A stretch of DNA of 64,000 bases from Chiloscyllium plagiosum (Eukaryota), in assembly GCF_004010195.1 (NCBI RefSeq), contig NC_057741.1:1311584-1375583 (forward strand), read 5' to 3'. Shown here piece after piece: positions 37,344 to 51,495 of the stretch (within the stretch, counting starts at the first letter, position 1; every line of letters begins with the position of its first letter). The notes under the pieces are model-generated. The model worked only from the letters and a program-made list of their open reading frames with translations. It was not told the origin of the DNA and did no database searches. The position numbers and the translations under genes were made by a program.

Positions 37344-37843
37344 NNNNNNNNNNNNNNNNNNNNNNNNNNNNNNNNNNNNNNNNNNNNNNNNNNNNNNNNN
37401 NNNNNNNNNNNNNNNNNNNNNNNNNNNNNNNNNNNNNNNNNNNNNNNNNNNNNNNNNNNNNNNNNNNNNNNNNNNNNNNNNNNNNNNNNNNNNNNNNNNN
37501 NNNNNNNNNNNNNNNNNNNNNNNNNNNNNNNNNNNNNNNNNNNNNNNNNNNNNNNNNNNNNNNNNNNNNNNNNNNNNNNNNNNNNNNNNNNNNNNNNNNN
37601 NNNNNNNNNNNNNNNNNNNNNNNNNNNNNNNNNNNNNNNNNNNNNNNNNNNNNNNNNNNNNNNNNNNNNNNNNNNNNNNNNNNNNNNNNNNNNNNNNNNN
37701 NNNNNNNNNNNNNNNNNNNNNNNNNNNNNNNNNNNNNNNNNNNNNNNNNNNNNNNNNNNNNNNNNNNNNNNNNNNNNNNNNNNNNNNNNNNNNNNNNNNN
37801 NNNNNNNNNNNNNNNNNNNNNNNNNNNNNNNNNNNNNNNNNNN
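37344..37843. other. Assembly gap (500 N)
   Basis: Run of N. Confidence 1.
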
Positions 37844-38367
37844 CTGTCCACTCTCCTTTTCACCCTATATTGATCTCACCTTAGTCTCTCAATCTGTCTT
37901 ACTTTTTCTGCATTTCTTGTACCTCCACAGTGTTCTTACTTCAGTGCTGGTCTTGCCATGTGATAAAATTAGTAAAAAAACAATTTGGACATTTCACAAG
38001 ATAAAGACACTAAGCATCAGAAGGCTTTACTAGGAGGACTGATTGGAACCTGAGACAAAGAAGTGGGTCTTATACAGCTTTTTGAATGAAGAGATGGTAA
38101 TGTAGTGGCAGATAGTTTTCAGGATGTACTTCTAGGTCATGTGCCTACAGCGATGGTGTAAAGAGAGGTAGATACACATAGCTGGAGAAAGGTGCAAGTG
38201 GATCAACATGGGAAAGGGGTTAGATAGTCAAGGTTTTAATAATAAAGGGCAAGACTTTTGAATATGAGAGTGGGAATTTTGAAATTTTTGGGGGCACTAT
38301 GCGAATGTAGATCAAAAAGATAGGTGAAATCTAATGTTGGTTTGTTATCTGGCAGAGTTTTTCATGA

Positions 38368-38619
<252 letters not shown>

Positions 38620-38862
38620 TAAAAGCACGTGCAATTGCAATTGCTAGCTAATGCTGGTCTTTATAATTAGACCATTTTGCACTATTGAATTTGGATGTTC
38701 TATTATTAATCAATAAATGGTGCCAAAACTTCAGGTGTGCAGCCCATATATGATTATATGCAGATATTACAGTCTGAATTACTTCCGACTTTGTGAAAAT
38801 AGTACCTTTCTGCCTGGGTCAAATGGAAAAAGCAGCCTTTCCACAGTTGGTGAATTAAACTT

Positions 38863-38953
38863 TTGGGCGGCACAGTGGTTAGCACTGCTGCCTCACAGCG
38901 CCAGAGACCCGGGTTCAATTCCCGCCTCAGGTGACTGACAGTGTGGAGTTTGC
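38863..38953 (+). mobile_element. 3'-truncated HE1 SINE head flanked by a 35-bp duplication
   Basis: AAAAGCAGCCTTTCCACAGTTGGTGAATTAAACTT at 38828-38862 and 38954-38988. Confidence 0.88.
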
Positions 38954-39649
38954 AAAAGCAGCCTTTCCACAGTTGGTGAATTAAACTTGCCACAAAAGTG
39001 AAATCTTATCAGTTCATAGAATCAGGAATTTTTCAGCTCCAAGTATACATCAACACAGTTATTTGACAAATTTGTGCTGGCTTTTACTTATTAGCCCATA
39101 TTTTTCTTAATGTATTCTTTCAACAATCATTGCTAAGCATTGTCCAGCAGCTTGTCTCCTTAAGTGTGCTTTGATCCTGAAAGGGTTGGAAACTACTGGT
39201 GGAGCTTTATTCGCTTGATCTATTTTTAGAGAGAAAATTTAATTCAGCACCTTCTGCTTGACCTTGTTTCTTTTTAAAACACATTCAGAGGACGAGCTAC
39301 CAGTCTGCAGGAACTTGATAGATGTAAATATCTCGAGTCCACTATAACTACTACAAAACTAAAAGGAAGAGTCATTGCACACAAAGCATTAACCCTCTTT
39401 ATCTCTCCACCGATATTGCCAGATGTACTGTGTTCTCCAGCACTTATTTGTTTTCACATCTTCAGCTGCAGTACTTAATTTTGATTTGCTTTAATAATTT
39501 GTTAAAATGCTTTCATGAAAAGATTTAACAAAATAGCACAGCATCCAGATAAACTCGTAAATTATTTCATTCATGATCTACGCAGGCCTGTGGAGAGATA
39601 ATACTATGGTGATTTAAAGTCAGGCTTCTTAAAAGACTGGACTGCTGCA

Positions 39650-40690
39650 GGCATTTTTGCTTTTTAATTCATTCATATGATGTGAGCAATTACAGATGGT
39701 TACCAGACCCTTAAAAAGGTGGTTATGAGGTGCCTTTTTAAACTTCTGCTGTTCTTGGTGGTACGTCCACAGTGCTATTAAGGAGAGAGTTCCTGGGCTT
39801 TGATTCAATGAAGGAATAGTGATATATTTGCAAGGTAGATGGTATGTGACTTGAACACAAATTTTGAGATGATGGTTTTCCCATATATCTACTGCCCTTG
39901 TCCTTCCAGACAGTGGAGCTCCTGGGTTAGAAGTAGAAGTCTGAGAAGCTTGGCTGCAATGCCTCTTGTGATGATACATATTGTTACTTTGGTTGTAGGA
40001 ATTGAAGGGTGTGCATGTGGAAAGGGGACTATTTTGTTTTAAGATTATGTCGAGCTTCTTGAGTGTTCTTGGAGCTGCATCCATCCAGGCAAATGCATGA
40101 CATTACACTCCTCACTCATGTCTTGTAGGTATTGAACAGGCAGTGAGTACTGTTACATAATCCCCAGACTCTGACCTGCTCTTTTAGCCAAAATACTCAC
40201 ATGACTGATCTAGTTTAATTTCTGGTTGATGATAATATCCAGACATTCAGCAATAACAATGCCATTATCTGTCAAGGGGCAATGGTTAGATTCCTTTTTG
40301 TTGGAGATGGTCATTGCTGGGCTCTTATGTGAAAAGTAACATTCATGTCACACTAAGATCAAACCTGTATGTTGTCCAGATCTTGTTGCATACGAATTGC
40401 TTCGGTGTCTGAACATTATACAATCATAAATAAATATCCCCCAGTTCTGACCACATAAAGGAGCAAAGGTCCTTGGTGAACCAACTGAAGTAAATCGAAG
40501 TGAGAGGGACTAAGATGATTGACTTCCAACAACCAAGACCATCATCCTTTGTGCTAAGTATGATTCCATTAATCAGGAAGTTTTCTCCCTGATTCTGGTT
40601 TTGCTAGGACTTTTGACATACATTGCAAAATGTCACCTCTCTACTGTAGTTCACATATTTTAATCATGTTTGGATCAAGGCTGTAAATAG
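39650..40690 (-). mobile_element. Old LINE 3' portion (same family as 4570-5965)
   Basis: MDAAPRTLKKLDII...FKKA.H.HL.KG. Confidence 0.65.
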
Positions 40691-43510
40691 GTCATTATAT
40701 TGTCATTTGGTGAGCCTTGGTTGACAAAACACTGCTTACAGAAGTTTATCTGATCTAAAGGGCATTGCACATAATGCTGAAAACATACAACAAGCAATGT
40801 AGGGGACACCAAATATTAGAAAACCCCCATCTACTTCCCAGCCAAGAGTTTTCATTTCTGAGTAGAAAAGCATGTAGTGACTCAATCTCATTGAAAGCAC
40901 AGAACAGATTAAATAACAAAAGGCCCAAGGAACAAAACTGGCAGAAAGTTATGCTGGATTTCATAAACTCATGATGTGATCTAAACAAAAAGCAGAATTT
41001 CCTGAGTTTAGTTGTATTGAAATGAAGAAAGGGCTTCATACCATAAATGAAATAGAAATTTGGCTGAAATATAATTATTTGGCTGAAATGTATTCCACTG
41101 AACTTCCTTCAACTTTCAAAGCAATTCAATAGCAACAAAGTTAAGGAGAAATGCAAGCAAAGCAGCAGAAATTGAATTGTCTACACCATGTAAGAGAATG
41201 TACAATAATAGACAATGAAAGCATCGACAATTAAATTGAAGCAGTTTGCCACACAGTACAGTGAACAGTTATCTCCTTCAAATTCAGGTTAGTATGTATG
41301 GACTGAAGTGATTCAGAAGGTATGGGTTTAAGCAAAATATCCGACCTCCCCAGTTTCTAAAAAATGAAGCCCAAACAACAATAAATGATATAACAGCTGG
41401 CAAGAATGCACATCCCAGAGACATGATTGAGAAAATTCCATCAATAACTAAATTACTGAAAGGAAGGAGAATGCCTAAAATCTCAAGGGGTTGAAGTAAT
41501 AGGTCCACCTACCTGACACAGATCTACAGGTGGAATGAAAATCCAATTTCTTTTATATAAACTGTAGATGTTTTGCATACAATATGACACAAAATACTAC
41601 AAAGAAGAGACAATGTGCGAAGATCCAAGATATTGCAAAGAAAAAAAAAATCACCTGCTATAGTAGGGATGGCACAAACAGGTATAAACAATAGATGTAT
41701 GTCATCAAGAATCTCTGCAAAACAAATACAGTAGATTAAAGACCTCCATTTCAAAACAGAACAGACCTTGGACTGGCAGGAAGATAGTCCAAAGCAACTG
41801 ACTTCAACCGAAGAAAATACCATTCCTTCGAGACCACAGGGAGAATTGTACCAAGTCCAGATCATCTGAATTCTGAACTTGGGCTTAGGGGGTCAGGGAT
41901 TTTGGAGGTGGGATTGGGGGAGCAGGATGGTAAAGAGTGGAATACATGTATAAACAAATATATGACCCTCATAAAATAAAATGAGGGAGCAAAGATTTTG
42001 GGAGTCTGTTATGGAGGATATATATGGGTCTGAAACAGTTCATTCTTGATTTTGCACATTAGACACCATTGTTATGTCATGGGGACTTTGAGCAGAGGAG
42101 AGAGGCAAAGACAGATCTGAGGCTATTGTGCTCTTAAAAGTCTCTAATAATGTAAGTCCTATTTGTGTAATCTGTTAGTAGTCTCAGTAATGCAATGGAC
42201 CGCCTTTCATTTAGTCAATTATGCTTTTCTAGTTAGACCAGAAGGCTGGCTATCTTCCCCCAACGCTATGTTAGTTAGGGATACACTCAACAGTGGGTAG
42301 ACAGAAGCACATACACAAATATAGAATGTGCTGATAAGAGCATAGCATATAAAAGCGAAATAAATAGGTACACGAGGAATTATCCAATTTTCCTTTGGCT
42401 TTTAACAGTTAGTCTGATGAAGTTGGAAACAGATAGTTGTAATATTGTTTTGGATATATTAAGGCACATCATTTAACGTGATTCTATACAATGATCAAGT
42501 TGTAGTTTTATGGCATGAAAAACTCATCAGGTCTGGCTGCATCTGTGGAGAGAGAAGAACAGTGATAACATTTTGAGCCCAGTATGACTTCACTGGACAT
42601 GAAACATTACCTGTTTTTCTGTGTCCACAAATGGTGAGTTTGTTTCAGATTTACAGTATGAGAAGTATTTGCTTTTGTTGGGTCTCTTTATTAGGTCTTG
42701 TGGCTAAACTGATTAAAGGATATGGGGAAAAAGTGGGAAGAGGGTACCAATTTGCATGATCAGCCATTATTATGTAGAATGATGGAGCAGGCTCAAAGGG
42801 CTGAATTGCCTACTCCATTTTTTTAGTTTAAAGAAATAAAAGATTTGTCTGGAGAAGAGATGATGAGCATTGTCAGAAAACAAAAATGAAAGTAAAACTG
42901 ATACCTATAAAGAGAAACAGTGGGGACAGAGTACAGTCTGAAATTCTTCAACTCAACAATGTGTTGTCTCGATGGCTTTAAGTGTGTAATCAAAAGACAA
43001 GGTGCTGTGCCTATCCTTCAAATATCATTAAGCTTTATTGTCCTTGGCTTCCTATAGTGTTCCAGAGTGATCGGTATGAGGTGGGGAATTGAAATAAGCC
43101 TCTTGAAGATCTGAGTCACACTTGTGGACTGTAAAGGGCATTCTGCAAAGTGGGAAAGCAGTCTGCACTTGATCTCTCCAAGGTAGAATAAACTGCAACG
43201 TGAACACTGACAACAGTATACTAAATTGAAAAAGTAGAGTAAATCTGTGTCATCTGGAAGGAGTGTTCGACAGTGAGGAAGGAGGTGGTCAAACGCAGGT
43301 GTTGCCCTGAGCCTGCATTGTTAAGGTGCCAAGGGAAGGAGTGTTAGTTGTGATTAAGGAGATTTCTAGGCTCTTAGGGAGGGAGCATTCCCTGCACAAT
43401 GCTGAAAAAGGAAGAGGAGTGAAGATGTATTTGGTGACATTGTGCATGGTTAGCCAAAATGACATTGATAATCTGTTGAATATGGAGTCTAGAGAGATGA
43501 AAGCTGATGA

Positions 43511-43663
<153 letters not shown>

Positions 43664-44844
43664 TAAGTCTTGATAGCTAACTGCGCACAGCTGATGTTAC
43701 CATTACTGGTCACTTTGATTTAAAGACTAGAACTCTAGCTGAACCATTTTTATTATGAGAGGATAGATGTATTCCAATAATGCAGGCCTCCTACTCTGGT
43801 GGTCATGCTGTAGCTTTTAATAATGCTGTTTGTTGCTTCAATCGGAGTAGAAAAAACTTGCATGAAGTATCTGATTGCAATTTGTATTTTATGCAATGAA
43901 TAGTCATAATTATCATTTAAGGGAAAGTATTGAGAAAACATTTGGTAATATCTATGATTGATTATTACATGAAAATGATTGTCTAAGGGTGTGTTGTTAC
44001 AATCTAGTTGGGGACCATTAACCTTTTTGTTTGAAGTAGACAAAGTTTGAAATCCCAGGGATTTGCTAAAAAAGTAAAGATTTCATAGTTTGCATAAACA
44101 ATACATTTACTATGCCAGGTTAGAAAAGTCAAATGAACTATATTGTATACACAACTTAGTCTTACACCCAGAATTAACACAAAGTGGGTTGACAGACTAC
44201 CTGTGGTCAGTACCCCACAGAGAACATAAAACATCACATGCAATCAAGATTGATCCCATTGATTTCACAGCAACCTACCCAGACATTAGTGAGATTGCAT
44301 TATGAAATCTTATTTAGAAGCTCTTGTCTCCTTCACAGGGATACGAAAACTTAACGTTCAAAGATCTACCCTCTTGAGTTTACTTAAACCTCGTAGTGCC
44401 CCAATGACTGCTCATGTTCTGCTAGTTCCATCTCTTTTCCCAAGACTGAGTTTCCCCAGGATTCCAAGGACTGCTTGCATGCATGTAATTACAGGCACAA
44501 TATCATTCTTTTTTCCAAAACAAAATACATTCATTAAGTTGCTGATGCCTCTGAATTTCTGTCTTGGCTCTCCTAAGCATATACTGTAACATGCATGCAA
44601 ACACACACACCAAGTAGGATCGCAAATGGACTCCCACTTTGCACTCTCTCAGGTCCTTTGATCATTTTCTTGTGCCAGTCTCCACCACACAGATGGATTA
44701 GTATTAGAATGGCCGAATCATATTTACATCACCATACCGTCCGGACTTGTGCATCGAAAATGATGGACAGGTTTTGAGAATCAGGAGATGAGTTAGCTAC
44801 AAGATTCATAGCCTCTGACCCCTCTTGTAGACACAATATTGATA

Positions 44845-46097
44845 TAGAGTCATAGAGATGTACAGCACAGAAACAGTCCCTTTGGTTCAACTCGTCCATG
44901 CCGACCAAGTTACCCAACCCAATATAGTCACACTTGCCAGCACCCAGCCCATATCCTTCCAAACCCTTCCTATTCATATACCCATCCAGATGCCTTTTAA
45001 ATGTTGCAATTGTACTAGACTCAGCCACTTCCTCTGGCAGCTCATTCCATACACGTACCACCGTCTGCGTCAAAACGTTGCCCTTTAGGTCTCTTTTATA
45101 TCTTTCCTATCTCACCCTATGCCCTCTAGTTCTGGACTCCCACACCCCAGGGAAAAGACTTTGTCTATTTACCTTTTCCATGCCCTAAAGATTTTATAAA
45201 CCTCTATAAGGTCATCCCTCAGCCTGCAACGCTCCAGGAAAAACAGCCTATTCAACCTCTTCCTATAGCTCAAATCCTCCAACCCTGGCAACATCCTTGT
45301 AAATCCTTTCTTAACCTTTTGAAGTTTACAACGTCCTTCCAATAGGAAGGAGACCAGAATTGTACGCAATATTCCAAAAGTGGACTAACCAATGTCCTGT
45401 ATGCCCGCAACATGACCTCCCAACGCCTGTACTCAATAATCTGACCAATAAAGGAAAGCATACCAAATGCCTTCTCCATTATCCTATCTACCTGCAACTC
45501 TACTTTCAAGAAGCTATATCTAAATTCTCCATCTGCCACTCCTCAACCCATTGGTTCATCTGATCAAGATCCCATTGTAATCTGAGGTAACCCTCTTCAC
45601 TGTCCACTCCACCTTCAATTTTGGTGTCATCAGCAAACTTACTAACTTATACCCCTTATGCTCACATTCAAATCATTTATATAAATAATGAAAAGTAGTG
45701 GACCTAGCACCGATCCTTGTGGCATTCCACTGGTCACAGGCCTCCATTCTGAAAAGCAACCCTCCACCACCACCCTCTGTCTTCTACCTTTGAGCCAGTT
45801 CTGTATCCAAATGGCTAGTTCTCCCTTTATTCCATGAAATCTAACCTTGCTAACCAGTCTCCCATGGGGAATCTTGTCGAACGTCTTACTGAAATCAATA
45901 CAGTCAACCGCTCTGTCCTCATCTATCCTCTTTGTTTCTTCTTCAAAGCACTCAATCACGTTTATGAGACATGATTTCCCACGCACAAAGCCACGTTGAC
46001 TGTCCATAATCAGTCCTTGCCTTTCCAAATGCATGTACATCCTGTTCCTCAGGGTTCCCTCCATCAAATTGCCCACCACCGACGTCAGGCTCACCGG
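44845..46097 (-). mobile_element. CR1 LINE RT + 3' end
   Basis: [39 protein letters not shown] and PLLEYCVQFWSP. Confidence 0.93.
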
Positions 46098-46435
46098 TTG
46101 ATTAATCTGCTTTAGTTTCTAGTCAATGGTAAATTCCAGGGTGTTGTTAGTGGGAGATTTGGTAATAGCAATGCCATTGACTATCAAGGGGTAATAATAG
46201 GTTCTGTCTTGTTGGAGATTGTCATTGTTGGCACTTGTTGTCATCAGTGAACATCCTGATTTCTGAGCCTATTATGGAGGGAAGGTCATTAATAAAGCAG
46301 CAGGTGATGGTTGGACCTAGGACACTACCCTGAGGAACTCCTGCTGAAATATTCTGGAGCTGAGATGAAAGACTACCAAGCACAACCACCTTTTGTCATG
46401 CTAGGTATGACTTCAACAGAATTCAGCTTTGAGGA

Positions 46436-46815
46436 ACATGGCATTCCAACCAGAACTCAATCAACAAACATATCGGTTTTGACCCCATCTACCACCCTCT
46501 GAGAAAAAGAACAGGAAATCACATCACGACAGGAACTGACATCACCAACCCAAAGAAACCTAAACACATAAATAGAAAGTGGTTCACTAACACCAGTGCT
46601 TCACCAGAGGTTCACTGATGATGTTGCCTAGTATGGTGACGAAACATCTGAAAATGAACCTTCCAGCTTCAGTGATTCCTGAAGAAGGGCTTATGCCCGA
46701 AACGTCGATACTCCTGTTCCTTGGATGCTACCTGACCAGCACCACATTTTTAAGCTCTGATCTCTAGCAACTGTAATCCTCACTTTCTCCTAGCTCAGTA
46801 AGCAAACTTACATCC
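46436..46815 (+). mobile_element. Poseidon-type pLTR with a Neptune-type pLTR (46675-46790) inserted in it; two hammerhead motifs
   Basis: TTCA-CTGATGA...GAAACATC-TGAA (46611-46652) and TTC-CTGAAGA-A-GGGC-TTAT-GCCC-GAAACGTC-GA (46676-46708). Confidence 0.8.
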
Positions 46816-47552
46816 ACAACAATCTCTCCCTCAAAGTTAGCAAAACGGAGGAGGTGGTCATCAACTTCAGGAAGCAGAGTGGAGGACATGCCCCTATCTG
46901 TATTAGTGGTGCTAAAGTGGAGGTGGTTGAGAGCTTCAAGTTTCTAGGAGTAAATATTACCAAAGGTCTATCCCGTTCTATCCACGTCAACACTACTGTC
47001 AAGAAAGCACACCAACACCACTATTTCCTCAGAAGGTTAACGAAATTCGGCTTGTCCACAATGGCTGTTAGCAATTTTTATAGATGCACCATAGAAAGCA
47101 TCCTATCTGGATGTGTCACAGCTTGGTATGGCAATTGTTCTGCCCAAGAGCACAATAAATTGGAGTTGTGAATGTAGCCCAGTCCAACATGAAAACCAGC
47201 CTTCCTTCTATTGACTCCATCTACACTTCTTGTTGCCTCAGAAAAGCAGCTAACATAATCAAAACTCCTACCACCCAGCTATACTATTTTCCATCAGGCA
47301 GAAGATACAAACATTTAAAAACACAGACCAACAAATATAAGAACAGCTATTCCCTGCTCTTATCAGATTTATGAATGGACCTCTTGTAAATTAGGGTTGA
47401 TCTTTCTATGTAGTTCTTTGCTGACGTAACACTATATTCTGCATACTGTTCCATTACCCTGATGTACTTATGTAAGGTATAATTTGTCTGGTTAGCACAC
47501 AAGACAATACTTTCCACTGTATCTTGGTACATGTGACAATAAGAAATCAAAT
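46816..47552 (+). mobile_element. Rex1/Babar-like LINE 3' end
   Basis: INFRKQ...VEVVESFKFLGVNIT...YFLRRL...FYRCTIESILSGCVTAWYG; PSGRRY; AAATC tail. Confidence 0.85.
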
Positions 47553-47789
47553 CTGCTTCTGTTCGTATTTCTAATGGTCTTAATGATAAGATCATAGCTG
47601 ATCGGCTTGTCTTTTGAGGAAGAAAAGGTCCTTATCTATGTGCTCAAAGGTGGCCCCTAATGTTTAAACAATTCTCCCAGTTCTGGAATAATGACAATAG
47701 GAATCATCCTTTTAATATCCACCTCATCAAGACAGTTCAGAATTTAATATACTTAATCAAGTTGATCATCACTCTGCCAAACTCCAATT

Positions 47790-48275
47790 GTTGAGTTTCT
47801 CAAGCAATTTCTGTTATTGTTTGTTTCAGATCTCTGAAATCTGCAGTTCATTGTTTTATGCAAGATCCCTTTTAGGTTTGGATGCTCAGTAATTATTGGG
47901 GGAGTTGCAGAAAGTGAGGAAGATTGTCAAAGGATACAGCTGGATATAGCTAGAATGCAGATTTGGGCAGAGAAATGGCAGATGGTGTTTAATCCAAACA
48001 AATGGAAAATTAACAAAGCAGGTCACTAGACTCACATTATTAACTCTGTTTTCTTTTCACAGATACTGCCCGACCTGTTCAGTTTCTCCAGCAATTTCTG
48101 TTCTTGTTTGTTTTAGATCTTCAGTATCCGCTGTTCATTGTTTTATATGAAAGCCATTTTAGTTTGAATGCTTAGTCAATATCGGCAGAGTTGCAGTAAT
48201 GAGGAGGATTGTCAAAAGATACAGTGGGATATAGCTTGCAGATTTGGGCAGAGAAATGGCAGATGGAGTTTAATT
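47790..48275 (+). repeat. Old diverged tandem duplication (about 200-bp unit) spanning a SINE/CR1 junction
   Basis: 47793-47985 aligns by eye with 48080-48266. Confidence 0.7.
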
Positions 48276-48700
48276 GGGACAAATGCAAAGTGCTGCAATT
48301 TGGAAGATCAAATTCAGGTGTGAATTATTCAATGAAAGACAAAATTTTTGGGAACATTGACGAACAAAGAGATCTGGACAGAGGTCCACAGATCCCTGAA
48401 AGTAGCAACATAATTGGATAAGGTGGTCAAGAAGGCATACAGCCTTCATTGGCTGAGGCATCAAATTTAAAAGTTGGCAAGTTATGTTACAGCTGTACAA
48501 AATTTTAGTTAGGCCACATTTAGAATATTCTGTGCAGTTCTGGTCACCAAACTACTAGAAGTACATGGATACATTGGAGAGGGTGCCGAGAAGGTTTACC
48601 AGGATATTGCCAGGTTTGGAGGGTTTTAGTTATGACAAGAACTTGGATTGTTTTTGCTGGGAAGACAGAGGCTGAGAGCTGAGATGTCTACAAAATTGAG
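48185..48700 (+). mobile_element. CR1 LINE 3' region
   Basis: WAEKWQMEFN.DKCKVL and RPHLEY.VQFWSP. Confidence 0.8.
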
Positions 48701-50369
48701 GAGCAATTGAAAACTCATTGCAGGTGTAGTAATGTTGAGGCGACAAACCATTGGCCGTGGCATCTCTGGGATCCAGAGTTAAGGAGCACAATCATCCAGG
48801 GTCATAATTCTGATTTGCTGTTCAGTGAACCCAGATGTTTACACATGTCAAATGTGGATATGGTTCTGGACCAAGGTTAACAATGAAGAATAATCTTTCA
48901 GTGAGATGCTGAAACATACTAGTGCCTGTAGCATTCTTTCTGATAATTTCTGTAGAAGCAAAAGAAAATCGGAAATTAGAGGATTGAATGTCTGCTTGTA
49001 TAAGATGGCAACTGTTTCTCCTATCACTTTTGCTTATAAATAAAATTCATGGTACCTCCATAAATCGGGATATCCTTTTATTTATTTTCAGTTGGCCTGG
49101 TTCTTCAACCATTCCTGGCTCTTTGCCAGAAATCCACCTAGTGAATATATTTATTATTCTTCTCCAAATTGTCTTTCATCCTAATAGTATGGTTGTTATT
49201 TGTGTTACTATTTTGTGACTAGATTCTCCTCATAACCAAAATTCCACGTTTCTGGAGCCAGTTTTACGAATCTCCTTCGCATTTTCTCTAGGGCCTCCAC
49301 ATTCTTCCAAAAGTGCAGTGGCAAAACTGGATGCAGTACTCCAACTGAAGCCAAACTAGTTTCTTATATACATTCAACATAACCTCCTTACTCTTGGACT
49401 CTATGTATTCTTAGCTTAATGATGTTGACAATGAATTTCTTTCTTCTGCTGAATTCTGCTCCTCATTGTAATGATCCTCTATTTTTATCGGCAATGGTTC
49501 TGTTGCAGCTCCTGTTTCTTGGATACAATAGCATACTGATCTTGATACTAATCCTTATAATATCAACTGATTCTGCTTGTGGCAAATGTTTCTTTGCTTG
49601 TTCATCCCAGTTACTTTTTTTCCTTCTATTTGAAAACATTATCGTGTTCATCCTGTCTCTACCTGCTTCCAGCAGTTGTTTCTAGTATTGTCTTGTGTTT
49701 GAACATACAATGCTAAATTATCAGACAGTTTCTCATTCCTCCTGTGGTTGGTGGTTGAATTTCTCTATCCCAATACATACGCATTTGTTAATTATTGTTG
49801 TTATCACCATAGCACTGTTGACTTTGAGTCAAGAATAAAAGCAGGCATAATTCTTACAGATATTATTAATTATCTGAGAACTGTTTCTCTTATGGTGATA
49901 CAAAGGCTACAGAAGACTCTGGGTTGTAGTTGTTGAGCCAGTTGTTGAGTACAGGGTAGTCATCTCTTGTTCTTCAGAACTCCCTTAGCAATCTTTCCTT
50001 ATAAACTCAGCTAAAACAACACTTGTATTACCTCTTCTATGACCATTGCTCTTAGTTTTATAATGAATTCCAATAACTCAGTATTCCACAAAGCCGCTAT
50101 AGTAATTACACCTTCTCAAATTTTAGACAAGAAATGTTGGCTTTGCCTGTGTCACACACATCCCATTAGTGAACAAAACTAAAGCTGCCCTAATTGGTAC
50201 AGAAAAATTGAACAAATAGATGTATTTGTTAGAAGTTTCAAGCTATCATCTATGAAGACAATTATAGTCATTTACTGACAACGCCTGCATAAATGTCATT
50301 CCATGAAACTGACTTAACTATAAAATGGAATCTTGAGCATGGATTCTTTCATAAAATCTTTCCTTTAGC

Positions 50370-51495
50370 ATCTAGATAGGAGGTAACAAGAGGAAGAAGT
50401 CTCTAGCAGGAGTGATTTATGGGCCCTCCAGTGGTAGCCTCAGTGTGGGACAGATTATAAATAAAAAAATGAGAGCTTTAAAGGATTTGAAAATAGCATA
50501 TGCAAATTTAATCTTCATGTTGATTGGATGAAGTATGTTGGGCAAAGGAAACCTAGAATAATAATTGATAGTCTATTTTGAACAGTTTCTTAGAACAACA
50601 TATTCTGGAATCACCTTTTTATTTTAGCCTTGATAATATGTAATGAAATAGGATTCATGAATAATCCTCTTGGAAAGAGTGGTCACAACATGATGAAATT
50701 TCATATTCAGTTGGTGACAGTGGACTGTACATTAAAAGGCAAGATGATAGATATGAAGTGTGATAGACACTTGACATATTTCATAGCTCTCATCAAAGAT
50801 ATTTTCCATTGTAAAAAGAAAGGACAATACAAGGAGGATGTGGTATTGTTGGGAAATTCAGATAGTAGCACAATTAAAGGATGAACACAGTGCAGCAAAG
50901 ACTAATTGTGAGCCTGAATGTTGAGAAAATTTGAAAAGAAAACAAAGATGATGGAAATGAAGAGGCAGAAATCAGAATATGGCAGTAAGCTAGCAAGAAA
51001 TATAAAAATAGTAAGATATTCCACAAATAGATAAAAAGGAAGCAAGTAATCAAAGTAGATATTGGTTCCTGAGAGAATGAGACTTTGAAAAATTATTTTT
51101 TAAATTGTCTATACAGTAGAAGAGATACAGTGCATCCCAAGAATGGCAGAAAATCAAGCTGCAAAAGGGAGGGAAGAACTAACAATAGAGAAAAAGTGCT
51201 AGAAAAACGATGGGCTAAAGGCTGGCAAGATCCCTGGACCTGACAGCACGCTTCCTAGTCCCTTAAGAGAGCTGGTTGCAGAATTCCTTACTTCTGGAAA
51301 GGTTCAAGCAGATTAGAAGATTGCAAATCTAAACCCCTCTTTTCTCAAAAGGAGGGAGACAGAAACAAAGGAACTATTGACCAGGGTTAATTTAATATCA
51401 GTCACCAGAAATATACTGAAATCCATGATTAAGGAAAATCATAGTACAGTCAAACCGAATCAACATGGTCTTGTGAAAGAGAAATCATGTTTGCC
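50370..51495 (+). mobile_element. Old CR1 LINE ORF2 remnant
   Basis: Degenerate K.PGPD, K.G.R....NY.P and QHG..K.KSCL motifs. Confidence 0.6.

Noticed and set aside
37198-38033. Long ORFs through poly-X
   Set aside because: They span the 500-N assembly gap.
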